A stretch of DNA of 64,000 bases, from NCBI GenBank assembly GCA_977020255.1, contig CDROCS010001028.1:186001-250000 (forward strand), given 5' to 3'. The translations under genes and the position numbers were made by a program. This DNA is from Obrimoposthia wandeli (lineage: Eukaryota). The first letter of the stretch is position 1. Every line of letters starts with the position of its first letter. The notes beneath the pieces are model-generated. The model did not search any database, was not told where the DNA came from, and saw only the letters and a list, made by a program, of their open reading frames with translations. Positions 50,728-60,393 of this stretch are shown one piece after another.

Positions 50728-51530
50728 TAGAATTCATCCTCATCGTCATCCATTACTTGATTTGGTGTTACAGCCGTAGGCTGTGGATCTGGCTTGTAGT
50801 TGTAATGCAGTAACGCAAACAGTGCACCGATCATCACAAGGCCAACCATATTGAGGTTCAGAAAGACAATACCGACAAAACCAACGAGGAAATAAATCAG
50901 CATCGACGTTTCTTTAATTATTTGTTTTAACAAGATGGCGATACCAACAGCTGGTAAAATACCACCAAGTACCGTCATGGTATTGATGACCAAATCTGGC
51001 AAGCTTGCCATGAAGCCTTCGATGTATTGATTACCAAAATAGACAGCGATAAAGGTAGGAATGAAACGCATCAAAAAGTTAGTGATCTGAGGATAAATGG
51101 CAGTATTCATATATACCCCCTTGTCATCCCCATCATCTACCGATAAATCGGCACGGTGGTTCCAGTAAGAGTTCAGTACCATCATGAAGTTAAAAATAAT
51201 GGTGCCAGCAATACCAATGGTTGCCGCAATCGCCACCGCAACTTCAACCCCCTGCCCTGACATAATACCGAGCGCAACAGCAGGGTAAGCAACAAAGTTA
51301 AGATCTGCAGGCATCGAACCGCCTGGCGTTACCATCGCAATATAAACAGCCTGAACAGCTACGCCTACCATTATCCCCGTCTGAATATCACCTAACACAA
51401 TGCCAACCAACATTCCGGAAACCAATGGCCGACTTAATGTATACCAACCACCAGTAAGACCTAATAGCCAAGGGGTTGATAACGCACCGAGATAACACAG
51501 TATCCCGATGACGACTGCTTCAAAAAACAT
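50727..51530 (-). CDS. PTS Man/Fru/Sor family EIIC
   Basis: RPLVSG..VG..LGD, GGSMPAD, GGILPAVG. Confidence 0.93.
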   Translation of the reverse strand: MFFEAVVIGILCYLGALSTPWLLGLTGGWYTLSRPLVSGMLVGIVLGDIQTGIMVGVAVQAVYIAMVTPGGSMPADLNFVAYPAVALGIMSGQGVEVAVAIAATIGIAGTIIFNFMMVLNSYWNHRADLSVDDGDDKGVYMNTAIYPQITNFLMRFIPTFIAVYFGNQYIEGFMASLPDLVINTMTVLGGILPAVGIAILLKQIIKETSMLIYFLVGFVGIVFLNLNMVGLVMIGALFALLHYNYKPDPQPTAVTPNQVMDDDEDEF

Positions 51531-51571
51531 AATCTATTCCTTCTAATCACGTTAAAGAGTTTGGACCGCTG

Positions 51572-52069
51572 TTATTTATTTAATTTTTTCTGTGCGGTAT
51601 CCCAGCTGTAGGCGCTGGCATCCGGTACGAGCCGGAAATCAATTTGATGCCCCAATTGAGATAGGTATTCAAAAGCTGAAACTTCATCTGGGTTTACGCT
51701 CTGATTATTTCCGATTGTTATTGTGCCTTCACGAGCACTCATTGGACCGACATTAATCTTCCCATTGAGGTTAGAAATATCGATACCGGCTTCACTGATT
51801 CTCTGCAGCGTGACTGGCGATTTAGCAATAACAAAATATTTCTTATCACTCGCTATCACTTTAGGCAGTTTACTAATCGCGGTATCTGCATCAAATAACC
51901 ACACTTTTACATCGGTCACTGCCCCTTTCATTACCTGAGAAAGCAATGGGTCAGCAGCGACAGCATCATCGATGGCAATAATGCCATCACACGGTAATTC
52001 TTTTGCCCAGCGTGTCATTAGCTGACCGTGAATCACACGATCATCAATTCTTACAAATGAAATAGTCAT
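51572..52069 (-). CDS. PTS Man/Fru/Sor family EIIB
   Basis: RIDDRVIHGQ phospho-His motif. Confidence 0.94.
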   Translation of the reverse strand: MTISFVRIDDRVIHGQLMTRWAKELPCDGIIAIDDAVAADPLLSQVMKGAVTDVKVWLFDADTAISKLPKVIASDKKYFVIAKSPVTLQRISEAGIDISNLNGKINVGPMSAREGTITIGNNQSVNPDEVSAFEYLSQLGHQIDFRLVPDASAYSWDTAQKKLNK

Positions 52070-52078
52070 GCTTACTCC

Positions 52079-52507
52079 TTAAAAATCGTCGTCTTGTTCA
52101 ACACTTACCGGCTTTGCAACCACAATAGTATTAAGCGCTTCTTGTTGTAATGTATGTGCAACGGATGCTGGGTCTGACTCTTCCACAAAATCAGCTGTCA
52201 TCAATAAAGTGGGGAAATTAATACCAGTAACTACTTCGACAGGAACAGGAAAACTGTCATCAAATGCGTAAGTACAGGCAATGTTATAAGGTGTACCGCA
52301 TTCCAGATCACAGAGCACCACAATGCCTTCAACTTGGCCTGCGATGTCTCGAATTTCCGTACTAAAATCTGTTTTAAATCGCTCTATTCCCCCCTCTTCG
52401 GTAAGCGATACAGATGATGTATTCTGAAGTTCACCAAACACCATTTTTGCGCTTGAAATTAATGCGTCAGCCAGTGGCCCATGAGTTGCTATTAAAAAAT
52501 GCAGCAT
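52079..52507 (-). CDS. PTS Man/Fru/Sor family EIIA
   Basis: IATHG, DLECGTPYN, GINFP. Confidence 0.92.
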   Translation of the reverse strand: MLHFLIATHGPLADALISSAKMVFGELQNTSSVSLTEEGGIERFKTDFSTEIRDIAGQVEGIVVLCDLECGTPYNIACTYAFDDSFPVPVEVVTGINFPTLLMTADFVEESDPASVAHTLQQEALNTIVVAKPVSVEQDDDF

Positions 52508-52509
52508 AA

Positions 52510-54270
52510 TTAACCTCTTACGTATGCTTTAATGGTTGCAATTTCTGCCCCTTCACTCGCCCCATGCGGCTGAATAATGTATTCGCCAACTTGAGCTGGA
52601 ATAACGAAGGTTTCTGCATAATGAACAACAAATGGATCAAATATATTGTTAGGGCTTAGTACCAGCGCCTCTTTACCTTCAACTAAATTCAGAACATTGA
52701 CGTTCCCCTCAGTATTGTGACTAACAGGTTGGCTGAACCAATGACGGCGCGTTTCGATGAATTCTCGCTCATGGAGTCCCGTCTTCTCTTCTCGCCATCC
52801 TTCGCCTTCAGCAATCGGCGTAATGGCATTGACTAAATGCTCAGCACACCATTCTGTATTGCAATCCCATTGAATAACTTCTTTACCATGCTCTAAATGC
52901 ACCGGACGCGGCTGGCCATCGAGACCTAAACGATCCCAATCCCAGAGTTTGAATGTGAAGATATATGGCGTGGCGCTAATCTCTAACACCATCGAATTCG
53001 AACCCGAACAGTGGACGGTGCCGGCAGGAATCAAAAAGTGGTCATGTTTCTTCGCTGGAAATTGATTGATAAAGCGTTCATCATCAAAGGTCTTTTCCCC
53101 TCGTTGTGCGGCTTCAAGATCAGCCATCATCTCATCGGGGTTCGTTCCTGTTTTAGTGCCTAAATATACACTTGCATCATCACCAACATCGAGCATGTAA
53201 TAACTCTCATCTTGGGTGTAGTGCATGCCAAACTCTTGCTGTATATATTCAGTCAATGGATGGACCTGAAGGCTGAGATGCTGGCCTTCCATGGTATCGA
53301 GGAAGTCAAAACGAATCGGAAATTCAGCGCCAAAACGAGCATGCACTTCTTCACCGAGTAATCGCTTAGGTTCGAGTAATACAAGATCTTGTGAAGGAAC
53401 TTCAATGGTCACATCATCGTATTTGAGCAAAAGACTATTTTCTTCCGGTACACAGTCAAAACACCAAGCGTAGTTTGGCTTTGTTTCATCTAAATCACAG
53501 ACTTCCTTCATCCACTGTCCACCCCAAACGCCAGGGTCAAAGAATGGCACTAGACGAAATGGCTGTCGCACCGTTTGCTCTAAACCCGCCATAAACGCTT
53601 CACCCGTCACCATTTTCGGCGTTAGTGCAGCGTTTGTATCCAACAGAAAATCAGCTTGAGGAAGTAATTTCGTTTTATAACGGTCGAAGACACGCCATTC
53701 AATGAAAAATGCGCGTTTATAGCGACGAAGGACATCTTCATCGGTATTTTCAACACCCCAGTTACCCAACTCACCACGACGAAAACGTTGTTGAATCTCC
53801 CATCGAGCAAGGTCGGCATAAATGAACGTATCACCATCAGCAAATAGTCTAGCCCCGTGGCCATACACCACAATTAAACCATCTGGTGCATTTTCAATTT
53901 GATGTTTGATCTCGGAGAGTTTTTCAGCATCAAAAAACTCATTCAATTTATGCGGCGAAATCACCCCAAACACACGATCATCGGTAATATTACGTTCTAA
54001 CATATCGAAGATGTGTTCTTCGCTATATTTAGCTTCATCTGTAAATACTACATGGCTAGGCTTTAATGGCGTAATAAGCTGCTCTAGTAACTCGTTATGA
54101 TCAACACCATGGTATGTATCGATAACCAAAACATGCTTTTGATTATTACTTACTCGTTGCTTAATTTGTTCAACGATCGTTGACCAACCTTGCCAAGCTT
54201 GATTATCAAATCCCTTAATGTTCACATGAGGAAATTTGTCATAATTCGAGTTGCCAGATAGATACTTCAT
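52510..54270 (-). CDS. Long-form class I mannose-6-phosphate isomerase-like cupin protein
   Basis: PFFDPGVWGG, LSLQVHP, QDESYY, IPAGTVH, EIS; ~230-aa extra N-terminal domain. Confidence 0.85.
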   Translation of the reverse strand: MKYLSGNSNYDKFPHVNIKGFDNQAWQGWSTIVEQIKQRVSNNQKHVLVIDTYHGVDHNELLEQLITPLKPSHVVFTDEAKYSEEHIFDMLERNITDDRVFGVISPHKLNEFFDAEKLSEIKHQIENAPDGLIVVYGHGARLFADGDTFIYADLARWEIQQRFRRGELGNWGVENTDEDVLRRYKRAFFIEWRVFDRYKTKLLPQADFLLDTNAALTPKMVTGEAFMAGLEQTVRQPFRLVPFFDPGVWGGQWMKEVCDLDETKPNYAWCFDCVPEENSLLLKYDDVTIEVPSQDLVLLEPKRLLGEEVHARFGAEFPIRFDFLDTMEGQHLSLQVHPLTEYIQQEFGMHYTQDESYYMLDVGDDASVYLGTKTGTNPDEMMADLEAAQRGEKTFDDERFINQFPAKKHDHFLIPAGTVHCSGSNSMVLEISATPYIFTFKLWDWDRLGLDGQPRPVHLEHGKEVIQWDCNTEWCAEHLVNAITPIAEGEGWREEKTGLHEREFIETRRHWFSQPVSHNTEGNVNVLNLVEGKEALVLSPNNIFDPFVVHYAETFVIPAQVGEYIIQPHGASEGAEIATIKAYVRG

Positions 54271-54332
54271 ACATCACCCTTGATTAATCTGTTGGTGATA
54301 TATTAATCAGCAAATGCGCTTTTCATCAAATA

Positions 54333-54462
54333 GGTTAACGTGGTTAACCCATCATTTATCATTTATTAACCCTCCTAATAACCCAATTTATCGATATTAG
54401 TCACAGTTATTCGCCGTTATTTTGCTCAAATTAGGTTAAACGATTAATCGTATAGTTAACCT
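54333..54462. promoter_or_regulatory. Palindromic operators in the divergent promoter
   Basis: GGTTAAC-GTG-GTTAACC (54333-54349); TTAAACGATTAA LacI-like core (54436-54447). Confidence 0.5.
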
Positions 54463-54478
54463 AAATATAGGGGCATTC

Positions 54479-55546
54479 ATGGCAAAGCCAACCATTGCTG
54501 ATGTGGCCAAATATTGCGGCGTTTCAACCGCAACAGTTTCGATGGTATTGACCAATAAGGGACGAATATCAGAAGCTACTCGCAGTAAGGTACTACAAGC
54601 AATTGATGAGCTTGGGTATGTTTATAATCAAGCCGCAGCCAATTTACGCCATAAACGGAGCAATCTTGTTGGATTAGTCATTCCTGATATCACCAACCCG
54701 TTTTATTCCGAGATGATTGCAGGACTTAGCCATTATTTGGAACAACAAAACACATTACTTTTTTTAGCCAACGCCGAAGAGAATGTAGATCGCCAAGATA
54801 AGTTTATCGACTCATTAATTAGCCAAAATGCGGGCGGCATAGTGATGTGCCCAGCCACTGATACCAATGTTGATTACCTCAAAACAGTAAGAGGACGAGG
54901 CTTTCCTGTAGTACTTGCTGTTCGTCCCGTTGGGGAAGGACAATTTGACTTTGTTGGCACCAATAACTTTTTAGGGCTACAAGTCGCCACCGAGCACTTA
55001 ATCCAACTAGGCCACAAACACATTGCCTTTATCGGAGGGCAAGAAAGATCCAAAACGCGTTCTCATCGCTTAGGGGGATACATGTCAAAACTAATAGAGC
55101 ACGGTATCCCCTTCAATGAAAAATATATTAGTACCTGTGGGGCTAGTCGGTCTGAAGGTGCACTTGAGACAAGAAAAATGCTTGAAAAGCACCCTCAAAT
55201 TACCGCGATTATTGGCTATCAGGATATTGTGGCGTTCGGTGTAATGCGGGCAATTAAAGATCTAGGCTTGACAGTAGGTAAAGATATTGCCGTTGTGGGA
55301 TTTGATGATGTTCCTGAGGCTTCAGATACCTTCCCATCATTAACGACCATATCTGTATGCGCAAAAGAGATCGGTAGAGCTGCTGGTGAAATCCTTTTAG
55401 CTAGAATGAATGGCAATGAGGAACCGATTAAAAGCCTTATATTCCCACCTAAGCTAATGATAAGACAATCTTGCTCGAGTGAAATCAGCTTAAATAATAA
55501 ACCTACTCCCAATTCCCCCCACAATAATTGTTATAGCTCACCATAA
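54479..55546 (+). CDS. LacI-family regulator (MalI-like)
   Basis: TIADVA..CGVSTATVS HTH, YN.AAA.LR hinge, VVGFDD. Confidence 0.95.
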   Translation: MAKPTIADVAKYCGVSTATVSMVLTNKGRISEATRSKVLQAIDELGYVYNQAAANLRHKRSNLVGLVIPDITNPFYSEMIAGLSHYLEQQNTLLFLANAEENVDRQDKFIDSLISQNAGGIVMCPATDTNVDYLKTVRGRGFPVVLAVRPVGEGQFDFVGTNNFLGLQVATEHLIQLGHKHIAFIGGQERSKTRSHRLGGYMSKLIEHGIPFNEKYISTCGASRSEGALETRKMLEKHPQITAIIGYQDIVAFGVMRAIKDLGLTVGKDIAVVGFDDVPEASDTFPSLTTISVCAKEIGRAAGEILLARMNGNEEPIKSLIFPPKLMIRQSCSSEISLNNKPTPNSPHNNCYSSP

Positions 55547-55568
55547 ACCATAAACCATGAACCATGAA
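55541..55568. repeat. 4x 7-bp tandem repeat CCAT(A/G)AA
   Basis: CCATAAA CCATAAA CCATGAA CCATGAA, overlapping the LacI stop. Confidence 0.8.
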
Positions 55569-55661
55569 CATTTAGCATAAACGCCATAGTCTTGTCTCAT
55601 CTAACCAATGAGGCAATCGTTATCATGAGTAGCAAAGAAACTGGGAGTTCTGCCGATGAAA

Positions 55662-56585
55662 TCATATTTTGGTCATGCTGCTAAATCTTTCAAAAAGAAA
55701 ATCTAAGAATAATCGAATTCTTTTAGGTTGATATTTCTTACTAATGTACACAACATTCAAATCTGCGCTTGAAACTGACATCGATGTATTAAAGTTCTTC
55801 ATGTATCCATTAAGCACCGTAACAAGACGTAGGTTATTAATATCGGCTTGCACATCTAGAACTGATTTAAGCGCTATCCCTACTCCGTCTAATGCCCAAT
55901 ATCTAATTACCTCACCATCATCTGAAAATCGCTTAGGTACAACCGTAATCGCGTTTTTCTTGTCTTGTTCCTGAAAATGCCATGTCTTTAGCTCCTCATT
56001 ACTACGAAGCATTGCTAGGCAATTATGATTAACCAAATCTTGGGGCTTTAATGGTGTTCCATGTTTTGCTAAGTATTCAGGTGATGCGCATAGCACTCGT
56101 CGGCTTGGTGATAATCGCCGTGATATCAAACTGCTATCTGCAAGCTCTCCATATCGAATCACAATATCCATACCCGATTCAGCAATATTAGAGATGTGAT
56201 CGTCTAAATATAGATAAGGCACAACATCTGGATACTGTTTACAGAACTCAGACAATATAGGAAGAATGTATTGTTTACCGATATCTTTTGGAGCGACGAT
56301 TTTTAGTGAACCTTTCACTTCCTTAACACCATTCTGAATAAGGTTTTCAGCTTCACTGACGTTATCCAATATCTCAATACAGGCTTTATGGTAGAGCTCA
56401 CCAGACTCTGTCAGTGATACATGCCTTGTGCTTCGATTAAGAAGCTTCACACCATACCGTTCTTCAAGTGCCTGAAGTCTTGCAGTCATAGTAGCAGGAG
56501 AAAGGCCAAGATCACGCCCTGCAGCCGCTAGCCCTTGATGCTTCACAATGCTCACGAACATTGCCATATCAGAAAACTTGTCCAC
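55662..56585 (-). CDS. LysR-family regulator
   Basis: GLAAAGRDLGLSPAT..RL..LEERYGVKLLNRSTR HTH; divergent from the MFS gene. Confidence 0.96.
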   Translation of the reverse strand: MDKFSDMAMFVSIVKHQGLAAAGRDLGLSPATMTARLQALEERYGVKLLNRSTRHVSLTESGELYHKACIEILDNVSEAENLIQNGVKEVKGSLKIVAPKDIGKQYILPILSEFCKQYPDVVPYLYLDDHISNIAESGMDIVIRYGELADSSLISRRLSPSRRVLCASPEYLAKHGTPLKPQDLVNHNCLAMLRSNEELKTWHFQEQDKKNAITVVPKRFSDDGEVIRYWALDGVGIALKSVLDVQADINNLRLVTVLNGYMKNFNTSMSVSSADLNVVYISKKYQPKRIRLFLDFLFERFSSMTKI

Positions 56586-56714
56586 GTCTCACCTCTATTG
56601 TTCAGATTAACCGAATAATGATTTCGTATTTTACTCAATTATCAAATTAATGCGAATAAATATAATAACAACCATCAACAAGAAATATTACAAAATATAC
56701 AAAGGTAAACAATC

Positions 56715-57899
56715 ATGAAAAAAGAAAAAATGCCATTTCAGGTCTGGATATTAACACTCGCCGCATTCGCCATCGGCACCGCAGAGTTTGTTATCGCGGG
56801 TATTCTCCCTCAGATAGCAACGTCACTCTCCATTACTGAAGGTCAGGCTGGTTACTTAATCAGTGCTTACGCGTTAGCCATTGTTATCGGCGGTCCAATC
56901 TTAACCATTTATTTAGCCCGTTTTAATAAGAAGATTGTACTTACAGGATTAATGGCACTGTTTATTATCGGTAATATACTGTCAGCGTTGGCACCGACCT
57001 ATAACTTACTATTAGTTAGCCGCGTTATTGCAGGTCTTGTACAAGGTCCGTTTTATGGCATTGGCGCTGTCGTGGCGACCAATTTAGTATCAGAGAAAAT
57101 GGCCGGTCGTGCTGTTGGGCAGATGTTCGCTGGTCTGACTCTTGCTAATGTACTGGGTGTTCCAGCCGGTACGTGGATCAGCTTGCAGTTCGGATGGCAC
57201 AATACATTCTTTACTGTTGCCGCATTCGGTGCCGTCGCAATGGTTTCAATTCTAACGTCTATCAAATCAACGGGTCACGGTGAAGCGAAAGACATTAAAA
57301 CCCAGCTTATGGCATTCAAAAATCCTATGCTGTTAATTAGCTTAGCTATTACTGCTTTATCATGGTCTGGCTTCATGACGCTATATGGCTACCTTGCTCC
57401 TATCGCTATGCATACTACGGGTTACGGTGAAGAGGCCGTTACTTGGATCCTCGTTATTGTTGGAGCTGGTTTAATCATTGGTAATATACTGGGTGGTCGT
57501 TCTTCCGACAAAAATCTGGGCAAAGCCTCCATGTTCTGGGCTGTTGCAATGATTATCTCACTGGTTGCCGTCGGTCTGGTCGTTGATAACAAGATTCTGT
57601 TTGTCGTCGCCGCTTTTGTATTCGGTATTGCATCGTTTGCAAACGTACCCGCAATGCAACTTCGAGTGATGAATCATGGTGGTGAAGGTCAGGAACTTGC
57701 AGCAACCGCAAACATTTCAGCCTTTAACTTAGCAAATGCGTTTGGTGGATTCCTTGGCGGCATGGTACTTGACAGCCAACTAGGCGCTGGCATGATCCCT
57801 TTCGCGGCAATCATTGTTCCAATCATTGGCTTACTGTTCATCGCTAAAGCAAACAAACGTGAAAAAACACAAGGTAAATTAGCAACCAACTTTAACTAA
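56715..57899 (+). CDS. MFS DHA1-family efflux transporter
   Basis: GTAEFVIAGILP, SRVIAG, GRAVG.MFAGLTLANVLGVP.G. Confidence 0.92.
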   Translation: MKKEKMPFQVWILTLAAFAIGTAEFVIAGILPQIATSLSITEGQAGYLISAYALAIVIGGPILTIYLARFNKKIVLTGLMALFIIGNILSALAPTYNLLLVSRVIAGLVQGPFYGIGAVVATNLVSEKMAGRAVGQMFAGLTLANVLGVPAGTWISLQFGWHNTFFTVAAFGAVAMVSILTSIKSTGHGEAKDIKTQLMAFKNPMLLISLAITALSWSGFMTLYGYLAPIAMHTTGYGEEAVTWILVIVGAGLIIGNILGGRSSDKNLGKASMFWAVAMIISLVAVGLVVDNKILFVVAAFVFGIASFANVPAMQLRVMNHGGEGQELAATANISAFNLANAFGGFLGGMVLDSQLGAGMIPFAAIIVPIIGLLFIAKANKREKTQGKLATNFN

Positions 57900-57955
57900 A
57901 GTTAATAATGAACCACCTATTACTAAGGCAAAATAAAGTAGCCCCATAAAAAGTA

Positions 57956-57987
57956 AAGCCCCAGTGTAATTTAATACACTGGGGCTT
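57956..57987. terminator. Terminator hairpin
   Basis: AAGCCCCAGTGTA...TACACTGGGGCTT. Confidence 0.75.
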
Positions 57988-58120
57988 ATTGTTATTTATG
58001 ATTAATCGCTAACTTAATCGTTAAGCTTCGGCTTCAATAGCTGGGTTGATGTAAATCATAACCTACCCCCCTGTTTGTGACAAAACCCTTCGTTGTCTTG
58101 TGCTTGAATCCAGCGTCTCA

Positions 58121-58216
58121 CTAATACAATAACAGCAACATCATCGAGCCAATAATGAATACGTTCAACCAAAAGCCACGGCGGCAAGGTATAGACGAGT
58201 GTTTATGTATATGCAT
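58121..58216 (-). CDS. Possible 31-aa small membrane protein
   Basis: GGAAGG RBS; MHIHKHSSIPCRRGFWLNVFIIGSMMLLLLY with a hydrophobic C-terminus. Confidence 0.3.
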   Translation of the reverse strand: MHIHKHSSIPCRRGFWLNVFIIGSMMLLLLY

Positions 58217-58250
58217 AACGAGACCTTCCAAGTTATTGTAATAAAGTGAA

Positions 58251-58697
58251 TTACACCATATGAGGTGGGTTCTGTACCGGATTTTGTGTATCGACAATAT
58301 GCAAGGCACAGGCAACAATAGTGACGATTAAAAGAATGAAAAACTGCGGTTCTAACTCACGATAAACCAACGATTCTAATGAACCCGTCACGTAGCAATT
58401 ACAGTCTAAATTTAGCCCTTGTTGAATCGCAAAACCGGCTAAAAATGTATATAACGAAACACAAAAAATGGTGGGTTTAAGACTCGCGATGTCAAAATAC
58501 GCAAGTAATGCACAGACAGTTAACGCAAAAGGAAAAGCGAACGTTATGGGTTCAACATACATTGCTGGTATTAGCCCTGTATCAATGAGCAGTACGCCTG
58601 TATGTTCAGGCATAATAAAGCCTTTTATCGCAATGGCTGCTACCGTAAAAAATACAAAACAAGTAATGAAGCGATGAACATATCCTTTGATTTTCAT
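58251..58697 (-). CDS. MauE/DoxX-like membrane protein
   Basis: Multiple TM helices, GLNLDCNCY CxC motif. Confidence 0.6.
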   Translation of the reverse strand: MKIKGYVHRFITCFVFFTVAAIAIKGFIMPEHTGVLLIDTGLIPAMYVEPITFAFPFALTVCALLAYFDIASLKPTIFCVSLYTFLAGFAIQQGLNLDCNCYVTGSLESLVYRELEPQFFILLIVTIVACALHIVDTQNPVQNPPHMV

Positions 58698-58755
58698 AAC
58701 GTCGCCCTCTCCTTCAAAAATTTTTGCTAAGGTGGGTACCTTTACTCACCTTGTG

Positions 58756-60354
58756 CTAACTCAATGTCGTCTGCTCTAGGTGCAACATGGCTTCCAGTAC
58801 GCTGCCACCAATGGCACGTGCTTTATCTGAAACCGTCGTGAAATCTGCCTCTATACCACGAGGATCGATATCACCAATTTTGAATCCTTCGGTTACGGTG
58901 AGCCCTTCGTTCAATAGCCCTCTTACCATGCCACTTAACGGGGTAACAATAGGGCTATCGGCAACATGTGCGATAACGTCACCTTCTTCAACAATGTCGC
59001 CGAGTGATACATGGTTATGCATAATGCCGTTGCAGGGTGCACGAAGAACCCGTTGATGGGTATAACCTGCAATATTGCCAGGTATGCCTGTATTCGCTTG
59101 GGTTTCACCTTGATAAATAACCCGCCCCAAGTAGTGCCCACGGTTAGTTTCGATCACGGCGTCGCAGTCAACACCCGCATTAAAACCGGGGCCTAACGCT
59201 ACCGTGACGGGTGCCATATCTTTCGTTGTACCAAGATTACGTTTCGCCAAAATCGCATCAACAACAAATGTTGGTTTAAGGTTATTAAGTGAACAGCATT
59301 CTTGATCCACCATTACCGGGATATTCCCCTGTTCTAGGACTGTAAATACCTCTTCACAACTCCGTGCTTTCTGGGCGGTAATACCTTCAACCTCTACCGG
59401 TTCACCATATAAACATTGAGCAAAAGAAACGGTACAACGAATGACTGTTGGCTGAGCAATATCAGTCATCACCACTTTGAAACCAGAATTATGCAAACGC
59501 ACAGCAACGCCTGTGGCAATGTCTCCCGCGCCACGGATTAGCACTAATTTATTGCGGTTCACGCGGGTATCATCTTTCATTAAGCCACCCGCTGATTGGT
59601 GTTGTACTTTTAACACTTCAGCCATAATACTAATGGCAATTTCATCTGGTGTTTCTGCGCCGATATTAAATCCAATAGGGGAATGAATCGCTTGAATGTG
59701 GGCTTCGCTCACATTGCTTTTACGTAGGTGGGTAAATAAGGTTTGTACTTTGCGACGGCTTGCCATTAAACCAATGTATTGGGTGTCACACCCCACTACT
59801 TTCGTGATCGCATCTTGGTCTTGATGATTCGTGGCTATTACTACGAAGCTGTTTTCATCAATCGTAAGTTGGTCGATGGCATCATCCATCGTTTTACCCA
59901 AAACACGTCTGGTACCTTCGGGAAAATGTTCTTCAGACAAGCTTTCTTCATACGCGTCGGCAACGGTAATATCAAAACCCAAAACATGGGCTGCATGGGC
60001 AACGGCACGGTTTACATGCCCAGCACCTATTAATAACAACGCAGGGCGTAATCCGAATACATCGATGAAGACTGTCATTGCACCACCACAATCCATTCCC
60101 ATTGCTTCAGGGCCTGAACGGGTCATTCTGCCTTTAACAACCCGCGGCTTGCGTTCTTGTAGCGCTTCTATGGCTTGCTCTATCACGTAACGCTCAATCA
60201 TACCGCCACCAACAGTGCCTATGATTGACCCATCCGCTTTAACAATCATCTGCCCTGAATGGCGAGGAGCAGAGCCTTTGGTATCAATAATGTTTGTAAG
60301 CGCGAATGGAATATTCTGTTGTTCTAACTGAGCTGCTTGTGAAAAAATGTTCAT
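58756..60354 (-). CDS. yqeB: XdhC-YqeB selenium-dependent Mo-hydroxylase accessory protein
   Basis: KGSAPR, GTVGGG, GMDCGG XdhC domain; RGAGDIATG, AILAKRNLGT, KIGDIDPRG YqeB domain. Confidence 0.93.
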   Translation of the reverse strand: MNIFSQAAQLEQQNIPFALTNIIDTKGSAPRHSGQMIVKADGSIIGTVGGGMIERYVIEQAIEALQERKPRVVKGRMTRSGPEAMGMDCGGAMTVFIDVFGLRPALLLIGAGHVNRAVAHAAHVLGFDITVADAYEESLSEEHFPEGTRRVLGKTMDDAIDQLTIDENSFVVIATNHQDQDAITKVVGCDTQYIGLMASRRKVQTLFTHLRKSNVSEAHIQAIHSPIGFNIGAETPDEIAISIMAEVLKVQHQSAGGLMKDDTRVNRNKLVLIRGAGDIATGVAVRLHNSGFKVVMTDIAQPTVIRCTVSFAQCLYGEPVEVEGITAQKARSCEEVFTVLEQGNIPVMVDQECCSLNNLKPTFVVDAILAKRNLGTTKDMAPVTVALGPGFNAGVDCDAVIETNRGHYLGRVIYQGETQANTGIPGNIAGYTHQRVLRAPCNGIMHNHVSLGDIVEEGDVIAHVADSPIVTPLSGMVRGLLNEGLTVTEGFKIGDIDPRGIEADFTTVSDKARAIGGSVLEAMLHLEQTTLS

Positions 60355-60393
60355 GAAATATAACCTCTAATTATCTGTAAGAGGTCCATATGA

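Noticed and set aside
11811-58755. Single 47-kb insertion splitting an E. coli-like yqeB-yqeC-mocA-ygfK cluster
   Set aside because: Order and orientation are incompatible with a simple insertion; mocA points away from ygfK
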